Origin: Chlorokybus atmophyticus
Lineage: Eukaryota; Plantae; Mesostigma and Chlorokybus algae
NCBI GenBank assembly: GCA_009103225.1
Contig: RHPI01002533.1
Coordinates: forward strand, 1,301,183 to 1,365,182
Direction of reading: 5' to 3'
Length of the DNA stretch: 64,000 nucleotides
Shown here: piece by piece, positions 1-11,347 of the stretch
Position numbering within the stretch: the first letter of the stretch is position 1
Layout of the letters: the number at the start of each line of letters is the position of its first letter
Position numbers and translations under genes: made by a program
The notes under the pieces: model-generated
What the model was told of the DNA's origin: nothing
Seen by the model: the letters and a program-made list of their open reading frames with translations, nothing else
The model's database searches: none

Positions 1-420
1 AGATAGCATGCGAAGAACTCTTGCGGCGCACCAGCAACGGAGCACCAACATGAGCTACGACCACAGCCATGCTGACAGGCAATCGATTCCCCAATGCAAA
101 CGACAACGTCACTGATGCCAGCCTTCAAGATGTCATGCCCTGCTCTAATGCACTGCTACTGAGACAGCCGGGCTGAGAGACTGCAACCGCAAACACTACT
201 GCTCCACCTCCAGCAGCTCGCCGGCTGCAATCCCAGCTTCTATGTGCGATGAGGCACGTCAACAGGCTGTACGTCTAGCCGTCTCCGGCTATCACAAAAG
301 CCTCCGCAAGCACGAGGACGGCGACCTTACGTACGACGCTGCCGACAACGCCGTCAACCACCCCGCCAAGAACCAGCGCACTGCCTCACAGAGGAACGCC
401 GTCGCTCGGCGACTTGCCAT
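1..420 (-). CDS. Possible 5' end of a gene running off the left edge (hydrophobic N-terminus), unresolved
   Basis: ATG at 420 gives MASRRATAFLCEAVRWFLAGWLTALSAASY, followed by a GTAAGG donor-like site, with promoter-like sequence at 430-600. An overlapping plus-strand ORF (242-685) is equally GC3-rich, so the strand is ambiguous. Confidence 0.3.
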
Positions 421-1573
421 TAGCTCCGCAGCGCTTTTTCCGCCTAAACTCTTGGCCCGAAAGAGAATCGCGGTCAGCAAACCACGATTCCAGTGGAAAC
501 TGCGAAACTTTGCACAATGGCATGTCAGCAGTTTGATAGCGAGATTGCTGTGCTTGCAGGACAAACGGACGTACAGCCAACACACCGCTAAGTGTCGCTA
601 CGGCCTCGGTTTCTGGTTAGTTGTAGGGACTTCCTGCAGAATAGCGAGGGAATCCGTTAACTGGTTGCGCGTGGGCCTAACCTGAGATATTTGCTTGCCC
701 AGGAGCCGGGCTAGTGAGGCCGTCGATGGGGTGGAGTGCAGGGATCGACGGCAGGTACCGATCGACGGTGTCAGAGCGTGCGGATTGCGCTCCGCCTCCT
801 GCAGCCAATCGGACGCCTCATGGGCGCCGACCAATGGGGCTGAAGACGTGCTGCAGTCATATTCTAGACCTAGAGCTAACGTTAGAAACAGCAGGGGGCG
901 ACCTAGTGGCCGCTGTATGCTCCCTTCAGCCGCTCACGTAGTCGTGCGCTGCCGCGGCAACGCACGTTTCTACCATGCTGATGTCACTGCCGCGGCCTGT
1001 ACGGTTGCTGAGACTCGTACGACAACTCCACTAGAGCACTTCGTTGAAGTAGTGTTTTACATGATGTAAATTACATCCCGGACCTATGGAGGGTTCTGAT
1101 GTTGACAAATTCATTCTTCAGGTAATGTGGCAATGTCATGGTGCCATTGTAAAGTGCATGGTTGATGCATTGATTCTTTTTGCTGTATGTGCACAGGACA
1201 ATCAATCAATGGTTGCCATGCTGAATGCTAGCATCATCGCTTAAATAAATAAAATTATTGTTTGTATAGTATATGGATACAATGGCATACTGGCAATAAA
1301 TTAAACATGCAAATTGTTCGCGGGTGAAAGGCTGGAGTCTGTTTGGTCATATATATTGCATAAGACACCATGGTGCATGGGATAAGCGACACTTTTCGTA
1401 ATCGATAAATCGTTGGTTATTTTATTATTTCATGAACGTCAGCGTTCAAAGAGTTTGCTTTGACACAGATTTTGTGTGTCATATACATAAATGGCTACAA
1501 GACCAAACAATTCAACACCATCATGGCCATGAACTGCATTGGATGATATGATGTTTGCTAGAGGTAGCCCATG

Positions 1574-2530
1574 TGTCACGCCCACATGGCAGGCAAAAGT
1601 CATTTTCTGTCCCTTACTTATGTGGTAAGTAAGATGAGACTAAGTGGGGACCCACACTACGCAAGCGTGTGTAGTGCTTGTGGGTGTGCTCTCATGTAGG
1701 TCTGCTCTAGAGCCTGTGCGGCCTTGAGCATGATGAACTACACAAGGCATGATGGCAAGCACATAGCTGATCATAGCCGATGAGACATCATGTGATGTAC
1801 AGAGACATATGTGTGCATATGTCCGCATGTGTATGCATGTGTTTGCATATGTGTGCACATGTACACATATGAGTGCATACGCGTGCATGAGAGGTATGTA
1901 CTAGATGTATGCATGTATATGCATGCATGCGCATATGTGTGCATATATGCGCATATGTATGCATAAGGATGCATATGTATGCATGAGTATGATGTCCTAG
2001 GCTAATGTGACCAGCCAAGGGACGTTTACAATGTCCGAGGCTGATGTGTGATCAGTCTTGGGCGTTGAAAGAGGTCCAAGGGCTGATGTGGCAGCCCTAG
2101 ACATGAGTTGTGGTCAACGCAGCCATGACAAGGCATGTAGCCTTGGACTTGGATGTTCTAGGTCGGAGAGCAGCAAAGAGAGGGTATATGAACGGCCTCA
2201 ACATGTGTTGAGGCAGCTCAGCATGTGCATACTCGACTCTTGTGTGTGGGGTGCCTAGTTGAGTTGTTCAAGGGGCTCTCCCTCTCGTCCCATGTGGGGT
2301 GTGATGTCCGTGGCAGCTTTGCACATGTGTGTGAGGAGTGCTTGAGTGTGTGAGTGTGTGGGAGCTGAGCAGAGAGGTTGGTGTCATCCTCTCCTTCCTT
2401 GGTGCGGTGCTGTGACTTCCTCTGCAAGGTACTGCACCAGTGACGCTGGTAGGGCTTCCAGTAGTAAGTCCTTGTGCTTGTGCATAAGTTTGCCAAGCCG
2501 CCCAGCAAGTAAGTGAGTGGTATCGTTACA
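1574..2530. mobile_element. Solo LTR (957 bp), probably Ty3/Gypsy chromovirus-like
   Basis: Starts TGTCACGCCC (1574) and ends TATCGTTACA (2530), giving TG...CA termini and a 6/7 inverted end. Flanked by an identical 5-bp TSD CCATG (1569-1573 and 2531-2535). TATA-like TATATGAA near 2186 and no coding capacity. Confidence 0.88.
1795..1990. repeat. About 10-bp-period alternating purine/pyrimidine repeat (GTNTGCATRT-like) inside the LTR
   Basis: Successive decamers gtgtgcatat, gtccgcatgt, gtatgcatgt, gtttgcatat, gtgtgcacat and so on. Confidence 0.8.
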
Positions 2531-2590
2531 CCATGTATGTTAAGTTGTTTTAATAACAGTTTATACATCGGCAATAAATGCATGCCTGTT

Positions 2591-2710
2591 AAGCTTAGCA
2601 GAAACTTTGTATACGGTCAAACATGTTGTCTCAGATAATCTTCATTAACAACATATGCTAACTTGCTAAGCTTTGCAAGAACTTTACATATGGTCAAACA
2701 CGTTTTGTCA
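2591..2710. repeat. Degenerate direct duplication, about 40-bp unit at 78-bp spacing
   Basis: aagcttagcagaaactttgtatacggtcaaacatgttgtc (2591) versus aagctttgcaagaactttacatatggtcaaacacgttttgtc (2669). Confidence 0.6.
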
Positions 2711-3173
2711 AGTGGCTTTTATTATCAATATATATTAATGCAATATCAAGATGTTTGTATTGTTGTGTGCAACAAATACAATGCACAATATACATATTGT
2801 AATGTACTCATCAACATCATCACAGCAACGAAAACACACTTTGACTGCATAGTGGCCCATGTCTTGCATTCCTAACAAGATTGCCCCATGTTGTTTATAC
2901 GCGCAACTGAATTAACCAGCATTGAAGACTTGTTGACGTGCAAGATCTTGTGCAAACATGGCTTCTCGAACAAAATGTTGCAAGGCTCAGCAATGCTTGT
3001 TCAGTTTCTTTCTTGTGCTTGCATGTTTTGAGAGGGCGTCCGGTGCACAGGGGAGTGGGGGCCAAGGATTGCCAAGAGTGCCTTCAAACTAGTGAAACAT
3101 GTTTGTTTACTAGTCATGAAGGACTTGGCTGCCAGAGTGTCCTGCTTTGATAAGTTGCCTAATTGAAGTGCCG

Positions 3174-4676
3174 CTACTCTTTCATCAGGCTAACCATGTC
3201 CGCAATCTCCGTGGGGCTTTTACCGCTTGTCTGCAGAACGAAACGACGTATAATACAAACAAAAACATAGCCAAGCTGCCCGCATGCATGCAGAACAGTG
3301 CTGTCCGTGATAAAGCAACAACTGGCATTACCCGGATGAAAGACGGTCCAAACTTGCCCTTGTCGATCTCTGGCTCGCCCTTAACGACGCACCTAACAGA
3401 GACAACAACTTGCAACTGGTTGGGTTGAGGGCAAACGAATCCATTTCGTGTGATTGCTGCTAAGTGATTTGTGAGTGCCTGCCTGCAACTGCATTGGGCA
3501 GCAGCGTCAATTGAACACATGCATTGCGACTCAAGTACCTCCAATGTGTGCTTGCACTTGTGCGTTGGGCTTTCTGCAATGTCACAGTGATAATGCGCTC
3601 GGTACCACGGGTTTCTGCACGCAGTTGTGTGGTCAGGTGCATGCTGCATGCATTGCAAAATGCACACATTTTGCTGCCTTCCAAACAGCCACAAGTCCGA
3701 TTGCACCACACGCGCAGTTACCAATCTCCCAGGTGGAGTCCTCAGGAAGAACACGTCTGTATAGCTCGCCCTGTCAATTACACAAGCATTGACTTCACAT
3801 AGCACACCTCATGGCATGTCCAGGTTTTACATAAGTGCACCAGCAAATGCTGAACACACAAGCATGCACGGCAGGCAAGCGTGAGCCTCCAGGAGCTCAC
3901 AGTGATTGAAGCAGCTGTTGTGTACCTGCAGCACTGGCTTGTCGCTGCCGCTAAGGGAAATACGGAACTGCTCCGAGGCAATCTTGCAGTCTACATCCTT
4001 GCTGCGCGTGCCTGCAAGTTGAAGAGCGGTGACGGAGTGCATAAACAGCTGGATGGGAGTGACTGTGCGGCTGTCTCTCTTGCAGCTTTGCAAACACGCT
4101 GCCAACACATACATCCACACCACACCTGCTGCACAGGGAATCTCAACAATGACCTCCTCCTCTGTCTGGCCCCACTGGTAGCGATCGGTCTTGCCTGCGT
4201 ATGCTCACGGTCGCCCCGCTATCAAACACAAACGCATGTGCTGCTGGATGCCGACTGCTTGTTGTGATGGTGCTGGTGCTGGTGCTGGTTGTTGAAGACG
4301 ACAACAGGTGCAAGACTGCTAGCACTGACTGCATTTGATCGACAGCTGTTGGCAAGGGGAGCAACCAGCATAGCCTTACCTCCAAACGCCATTGGGTCCG
4401 TGATCCCATTGACACTCTGCTTGGCAATGTCGTTGAAGTCCGAAGCAGCCAAGGCAGAGTCCTGCATTGCACTCACACTACTCAATCGTACATACACATG
4501 GTGCAGGTGTTGCTGGGTGGTTATAGTGTCAATTGTATTGTGGTGTGGGACAGCCATGCCTTGGAGGTGGGTTGCCTGCGCTGCCACCATGACCAAGACA
4601 GCCATATCAGCACACCAAGCACGGTGGTGAAGGCCGCCCTGCCCGCCGCCCACCACCACTCGGCCGCCTGCTCCAT
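3174..4676 (-). CDS. NudC-like CS (p23/HSP20-like) domain protein with an N-terminal transmembrane segment, 7 exons
   Basis: Spliced product MEQAAEWWWAAGRAAFTTVLGVLIWLSWSWWQRRQPTSK/DSALAASDF...KTDRYQWGQTEEEVIVEIPCAAGTRSKDVDCKIASEQFRISLSGSDKPVLQGELYRRVLPEDSTWEIE...VTLQK...HWRCVVKGEPEID...MKE*. The Y-W-QT-EV, G-L, ESTWEI and W-VV-GEPEID motifs are NudC-type. Confidence 0.85.
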
Positions 4677-4747
4677 GACCTCCCTCCCTTGAGCAATGCT
4701 ACAACGTGCTTGCAAACAGCCAACGGTTTACGTTGCTGGTGGTCGTC

Positions 4748-6746
4748 ATGGCGGCGGCGGCGGTAGCTGTGGCACGCACTGCCGGGGGCGAGGTGGTGGA
4801 CCTGTGCGGCTATGAGCTCAGTGACGGCGAGCTGGAGGCTGCCGGCCCTCTGCCCGAGGATGCAGCGGAGGCCGACCTCACGCAGAACAGGCTGAAAGCC
4901 GTGCCGGCAGGGACGCTGAGCGGGCCGCGCCAGCTGCGGCGCCTGTCGCTTCGCAAGAACCTCATTGCTGACGCCTCGCCCCTCGCCACCATTCCGGGCC
5001 TCAAAGGCCTGCACCGCCTCGTTCTACACGACAACCACCTTACCCAGGCACGCATGCATGCAAGCTCTTGAATTTTCTCTCCTGAATGCATGGTTGAGTA
5101 ATAAACACGACGAATGGTTGCATGAGTGGTGAGAACATGAATGACCTCACGCATGCAGTCGTTGAGTGAGTGAGCAAATGGACAAAGACATCAACAGCTG
5201 CACATTGCGGCTGCAAGTTCCCGTTTGCATTTTGCACAAATGTGTCCTGGCCTAAGCTTCATGAGCCTTGGTCGTCAGATATCCATCGGAAGCAGGTTGC
5301 TGGTTGAAGCTGTCCAAAGTAGCGAGTGCATGTTTCTGGTGCTTACGGTGTCACTCTTGGCAAACCAAAACATTGAACAAGTGCACGTTACTGGACGCAC
5401 GCGCAGTGCGTAAATCCTGGACCGTGCATATATGTGCTTTGCCCCTCAACGCTTACTGCCACTGCATCAAGTGCGCTCATTTTGGTGCATGAACTGCGCA
5501 GCTTCCTCCACTTGAGCCGTTCGAAGAGCTGGCCCACCTTGACGTCTCTTTCAACAAGGTACGCTCTGCTCTCTGACCGCATGTACTGGCCTGCTTGCTG
5601 CATCCAAAGGGTGTAATGATTGTGTGTCTGCTCAATAAGTGAACGCACGCTGTGCAAGCAAACGACATTCTTGGCAGATCAAATCGCTCGAGAGCATGGC
5701 GCAGGCCAGCAGCACGCTGGAAGAGTTGTTTGCGGCCAGCAATAAAGTGCGGACATAGCAGCCCAATCTCGTACTATCTCAATTTTGTGCTAAAGCAAGC
5801 TGCTGGCTGCACACAGATCGGACAGATTGAAAGCTTGACACACCTCCATGCCTTACGGGTGCTCGAGCTTGGCTGCAACCGCATACGGGTGAGAAGCTGG
5901 TGAGATTGATATTGCTACTTGGTTCAGCCAAGGTCTGCACGCTCTCAACACTCACTGCATGCAGGTTGCATAGAACATCATTGCGTGCAGGAGATGGAGG
6001 GGCTGGAGGGGTTGGGCGCGCTGCAGCAGCTGTGGCTGGGACGCAACAAGATTGCGCGCATCCTCGTGCCGCCCTCGCCTGCTGCCAGCCTGCGCCAGAT
6101 AAGCTTACAGAGCAACCGCCTCACGTCCATGTCCGGCATTGAAGCCTGCACCGCCCTTGAAGAGCTCTACCTTTCTCACAACGCCATCGATCGCATTCCG
6201 GTGAGTTGCATTGCTGTCATTAGTCATATTAATCAGCCTGTACTTTGTTTCTTGCACAGTAAGTCTCAGAAGTCGCCACCATGCAGGACCTTTCTGCGCT
6301 AACGCAGCTCCGCATACTGGATGTGGGCAACAATCGCATCACTGCCATTGAGGGCCTGCAAAAAATTTCTGGACTGGAGGACCTCTGGATCAATGACAAT
6401 CAGCTCGGCAGCCTGGAGGGCGTCCAAGGCGCAGTCCGCAACTCCGCCAACACCCTCTTTACCATATATGTAGACAACAACCCTGCGGTACGGCCAGAGC
6501 CTGGTCGCATGATGTTGGCATTGCGTTGCAGTTTGCAGAACGTAATCCCTCCAGCGGAAGCTTGATAGTCCACACCATGCTTTCTGCATTCGCTGATGTG
6601 TATTCAGCATTCTCTTCTTTTACATTGTGCAGGTGCAGGGCATGGACGTTGCACAGCTCAGAGAGAAGCTGCTAGCCGCGTTCCCAGCCCTCATGCAAAT
6701 AGATGCGTACTATGTTCCTAAAGCTGCACCACCTCGCCTCCGCTGA
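4748..6746 (+). CDS. SDS22: Protein phosphatase 1 regulatory subunit SDS22/PPP1R7-like LRR protein, 7 exons
   Basis: Tandem SDS22-type LRRs (LDVSFNKI, LELGCNRIR, LWLGRNKIARI, ISLQSNRL, LYLSHNAI, LDVGNNRI, LWINDNQL, IYVDNNP) and an LRR cap ending LMQIDA. Confidence 0.88.
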
Positions 6747-6915
6747 TCTCAACTATGGGTCACGGCATCAATCACGCCAGCAACAAACAGAGCGCAGAGC
6801 CTATCGCAACCATGGGTCTCTCATGGTGGCGCAGAGTGAGGGCTGCTAATCCAGACGTGCTGACGCCAGGACACAGCCAAGAATGCTGTTCAGGTTTCCT
6901 GCATGCACTCAGGCG

Positions 6916-7046
6916 CAAGTGGGCGAACTTTACAGCATGATTACTGTGCCTAGGCGCTTGCGTTCTGTATCGAGCAATGGCAAGTGGGCAGACTTTACAG
7001 CATAAGCTGCTGCATGAAGGCGCTTGCCTGCTGTATCAAGCACTGG
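6916..7046. repeat. Tandem duplication of a 65-bp unit (2 copies) downstream of SDS22
   Basis: caagtgggcgaactttacagcat...aggcgcttgcgttctgtatcgagcaatgg (6916) versus caagtgggcagactttacagcat...aggcgcttgcctgctgtatcaagcactgg (6981). Confidence 0.8.
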
Positions 7047-8017
7047 CAGCAGCAACAGCGACAGCGTGTGCTGCTGGGACTTGAACAACAACATTTGGAG
7101 AGGAGTGACCTGGTTGGAAGCCTTTGTCAGCACCGCACCATGCCACAGGCAACCATGCAAGGGTGCATTTACTTGTCAACAGAAGGCCAACTCCACCAGA
7201 GCAAAAGTAACAATATATGGGGTACATGGCGTCTCTTGTCCAACAAAAGTTGCTCTGCCTGTCGCCTTCCGGTTCTTCAGCCACAGTCGTGTCTGTAGGA
7301 CACAAAGCTAGGGACATCAGAATCTTACACGCTGTTCACCGAAGACTGTGCTTGCGACCATAGATGCCATGCATGACACCGCGGCATCACTGGGAGACTG
7401 AATCCTGTTGTATAGGATATGTGAAGTGCTGTGTGGCCACTGTGTACAAGAAGTAGTATGCTAGGTTTGTAGCATGTATGGTGTCAAGCACATGCAAGGT
7501 CGTGTACACAGTATGACCCCACTTACAAACTGTCTGCATACAAGCGCAATGACATTGCTGTATGTGCGAACGTACTCAATTCTTGTTTGCAAGGTCAGCA
7601 ATACCACCATTATTGTGTTTGCCTACAATGTGGATGTGATCTCCATTGAGAGATAGGCAACCCATAGTAAGACTGAAGCTATCAGCTTCTGACTGCTCTT
7701 ACTCAGCTTCTGCAGTTTTTTACTGGACTCCTGCACGAGTACAGCTCAAATCCTGTCCGCCATTAGGCCAAAGCACGTTCAGACTCATCACAACCACCAC
7801 ATCGACAAACACGTTTTGAGCATGTATGATATAGCACCCAGTAAACACATTACACGCACACATCAACAACAACCCCTGCAAGCAACTGCGCACCTGTGCC
7901 AGGTGTGCATGGCGAGGTATTGCAATGGACGCCCAGCGCATTGCGCCCTAGCAGACAAGTTGTGGGGCTCATGCATCAACGCAGCTCAATGTGGTATGAA
8001 TGATCCTCAAACATCCA

Positions 8018-9373
8018 TCATGAGCCCTGCATAGCGCCAGCAGTGGCCTCCAGGTGGTCCCACAGTGCCGTGGCAAAGCGGCTGTCCTCAAGTACGAGAG
8101 CAGATGGGCGTATCAGCGCTGCCCGCCGGCCAAAGGTGTACCCGCCAGACGCAAGGGCTGAGATGTCCGGCCTCATCAGCATGCGTGCAAGTGCGAGAGC
8201 GGGCTCATGCGCGGGCCGTAGCAGCCTCAGCACCCGCATGGATGCGTAGTAGAACAATGCAAGTGGTTTGGGCCACTGCCGGACCAGCGCCGTCTCCACT
8301 GCGCCCGGATCATACGCTCTGCATGCACATGTGCGTGTAGGTGATTAGTTGGTGGTGTCATGTGTATGCACGCAGGTTGGTGTGACATACATTGTGATGA
8401 GGTGCTTGTGGTGGAAGTGGCGATGCAGCTCACGTGACAGCACCGCGCAGCACACTGCGAACAGATCGGCAACGTAAGCAATGTCGCATGCAATGCATCA
8501 ACTTGTGCTGTGTGCGTACGCTTGGAGTGTTGGTATGCTTGCGCAGGGCCGGCGGGGGGTAGCAGCGGCCCAGCCGGCATCACGGTGTTGCCGCCGTGCA
8601 CTGCGCGGTGTGTGAAGGACGACAATGTCACCACCGTTGCTGGTGAGGAGGTGGACGCCGACGACAGCAGTGTGGGCAGCACGGCACGCGTCACTGCGTA
8701 AGTCCCTCGCACATTCACCGCGAAGGCACTGTGAAGGGGTGGTGCTTGCATTGCATTGGTGCGTGTGCAGTAAGCATGCAAGGTTGTATAGCAGTTCAAG
8801 TTGCAATGCATTGAGGTGGATGTGCTTGCATGCATGCATGTGAACATGCACACAAATGCATGTTCACTGGATGCATGCTACGGCGTACATGTCTTCTCCA
8901 GTGCAGGACTCGGCGGGCATCACGGCGGCGTTGTTGACGAGGGCTTTGAGCTTCCACCCGCGTTTGGCGCAGGCTGCCACCGCCGCCCGCCCCACCGCCG
9001 CCGCCTGGTCCGGGTCCTGCAGGTCGCCCTCCACCCACACAGTGCCGCTATCCTGCACATCGTCACCGTCCTGCTTGTCGCCATGGGGGCGGCGGGCGAG
9101 CACCAGGCGCCAGCCCCGCTCCCGTAGGACGACAGCAAGCTCCCGACCTATGCCCCTGGCGGCCCCAGTGACAAGGACGGCGGCCTGGTCGGGGAGGACG
9201 GCCGCCGCCGCATTGGCGTCAACGCCATTGTCATCGGCAGCAAGGCAGACCCCCGCCCTGGCAGCAGCGACGTGGGAGGCGATGAGATACACCAGCCAGC
9301 GCACGAACAACAGCAGTGTGGCTGGGGACAACCACGCCCACCCGGCACCAACCGCAGCGGCGGCGGGCGGCAT
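8018..9373 (-). CDS. Short-chain dehydrogenase/reductase (retinol-dehydrogenase-like) with an N-terminal hydrophobic anchor, 4 exons; an upstream ATG at 9463 is possible
   Basis: VLVTGAARGIGRELA (TGxxxGxG), LVNNAAVM, FAVNVRGTY, VVTLSSFTH, YQHSK (YxxxK) and YDPGAVET. Confidence 0.9.
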
Positions 9374-9574
9374 CGCTATGATCGCCACGTGGACAGCTGA
9401 CGCATAGCCCAGTCTCTTGCTTAACATGACGCTTATGAGCATCACAATGGGGTTGTCCTTCATTTGTCCCGATACGAGCAGGACTCCAGTTCCGAACTAG
9501 GGAACTTGCACTTCGATTCTCGGTCTGGGATCCGGCCGTTGGGAACGGCATTGTTGGCAGCGGCGGCGGCGGCG

Positions 9575-10564
9575 ATGCCGCTGGCGTCGGCGGGTGGAGG
9601 CAATGGCGGAGAGCAGCGGCGGCGTGAGGAGGGGAGTGGCTACCCCAATCTATGCAAATGTTTTGTGCAGACAGAGCGCTCCCCGTGCCGCTGTCGCCGG
9701 CAGCTGCCTGTGCCGTGGAGAGTGGGCGGCGGGAGCGACGGCGGAGGTCGAGGAGGCGGCGATGGTGGCGTCTGGCAGCTGTCTCGTCTAAGCGCCCTGC
9801 TGAAGGAGGCCCGGCGGCAGGCGGCGGAGGTTCGCGCCAGGGAGCGGGCGGCGGAGGAGGAGGCGGAAGCGGCGGAGGCTGTGCTAGGGTTTTTGTCCGC
9901 TGAGGGCGGCCTGTTGGGCTGGCACGAGGACCTGGCGGTGGCGGTGGCCCGCGCCGCAGAGCCTCTGCCGCCGCCAGCACTCCCCGCCCTCCAGCAGCTC
10001 CGCCTCCGCCAGCTTCAGGGCATGCGTTACGACGTCACCGAGGAGGCCATGCAGGTGGCCAGCTGTTATGCTGCATCAAGCCAGACAGGCTGTTGTGTGT
10101 GCATGCCGCCTTGTTGCATTGTTTCTGCAGTATGAAAGCCAGCTGCGTCCGCGCCTTGCACTCCAACCCACTGTCTGCGCAGCTGGCATTGCTGTCACAT
10201 GCCTTCGCTATCTACGTATCTCTCATAGATCCAACTGTGCACTTGGTGGCGACCTGACACTGTCAAGCAGCTGGCTGACACACTTGCAAAGTTGTGACTG
10301 CTCTTGTAGGCGGTCGCCAGGCTGGAGCAGGTGAAGGAGGGGTTTCAAGAGTTGACGCAGCTGCGCGAGCAGGTGCGTCGCATTCGCGTGTAGTATGGTG
10401 CCAAGTGCGTGTCGGGGTTGTTGAAGCAAAAGGCATTGCAGAAGGAGAGAGCGGTGCGGCGTGTGGACGAGCAGCTGAAGGCTGCAAGGGAGGCGTACAA
10501 TGCAGAGCTGTTGAAATGGGAACGCTCGCATGCCGTCCCGTTGAGCAACAGCACGCACCGATGA
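9575..10564 (+). CDS. Hypothetical coiled-coil protein, about 4 exons (internal junctions uncertain)
   Basis: Long GC-rich exon (LSALLKEARRQAAEVRARERAAEEEAEAAEAVLGFL) and downstream exons AVARLEQVKEGFQELTQLREQ / KERAVRRVDEQLKAAREAYNAELLKWER with canonical splice sites. No family recognised. Confidence 0.65.
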
Positions 10565-11347
10565 GGCTGTATGAAGCTGCTTCACTCTGTTGCAAACGAG
10601 GCTGGGCTGCTGCAATAACCTATATGACCAAAGGAAAAGAGCTCACCAATGCGAATGTTGGGCATTCAACCCATGAAAGGTGTGTACAGAGCTGTATATG
10701 TGTGCGCATGTACGCAATTGACTGCACAAAAGCTTTGTGCAATGAGCTGAGACACGTAAAAGAACCACAGTGTCTTCGCGTCACAGGTGGGCAGGTGCGC
10801 AGTTTTACCCAGTTCTTCACAGAAAGTGTGTAGTGGTATTGGTTGGGCAATAGAGGTTTTGGTGACTGTTCAGAGTCAGGTTAATAGCACGCGTACACTA
10901 CACACGTTTTAGGTATGGCCACGAACATCCTGCAGTGCGCATGCAGCAGCCTTGGAAGGGCAAAAAGTGTTGTTATCTGAGGCGTAGATGCTACATGAGA
11001 AGTATTGCACTAGGTTGTCAAGGAAAAAATGACAGATTGCATCGTTTGTATCATACATTGCCACTGTTACCACCTGATTACTCTGTCGTATGAGGAGAGT
11101 TTGATTGACAATGAGCACAGTCTGCCCCAGCTTATTTGCGTTCTGGCATGTGACGTGGAGTAATGCACGAGCCTCTTTATTCCAACACCAACACGTTTGC
11201 AATTGATGCTGTCGTAGCGAATGTGATTTCACCAAGCATTGAATGTCTGCTGTTGTACACATTGTACATGCTTCTACCTGCATTACAGTACTAGCCTAAG
11301 CGTATCCACTAAACGAGTGAGCTTGTGAAGCTCCAACAATGACGTCC

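Noticed and set aside
888-902. CAGCAGGGGGCG, resembling a CTCF site
   Set aside because: CTCF is absent from green plants, so this is likely a chance GC-rich match.
1788-2018. Cys/His/Met-rich small ORFs over RY repeats (also 11599-12306 and 59622-60167)
   Set aside because: These are translation artefacts of CA/TG-rich low-complexity DNA.
2518-2530. TGGTATC as a tRNA-iMet primer-binding site
   Set aside because: It lies inside the LTR 3' end, upstream of the terminal CA, and the TSD follows immediately, so there is no internal retroelement region.
10373-10393. Apparent 21-nt intron or TAG readthrough in the coiled-coil gene
   Set aside because: A normal 69-nt GT-AG intron (10373-10441) removes the stop and keeps the frame.
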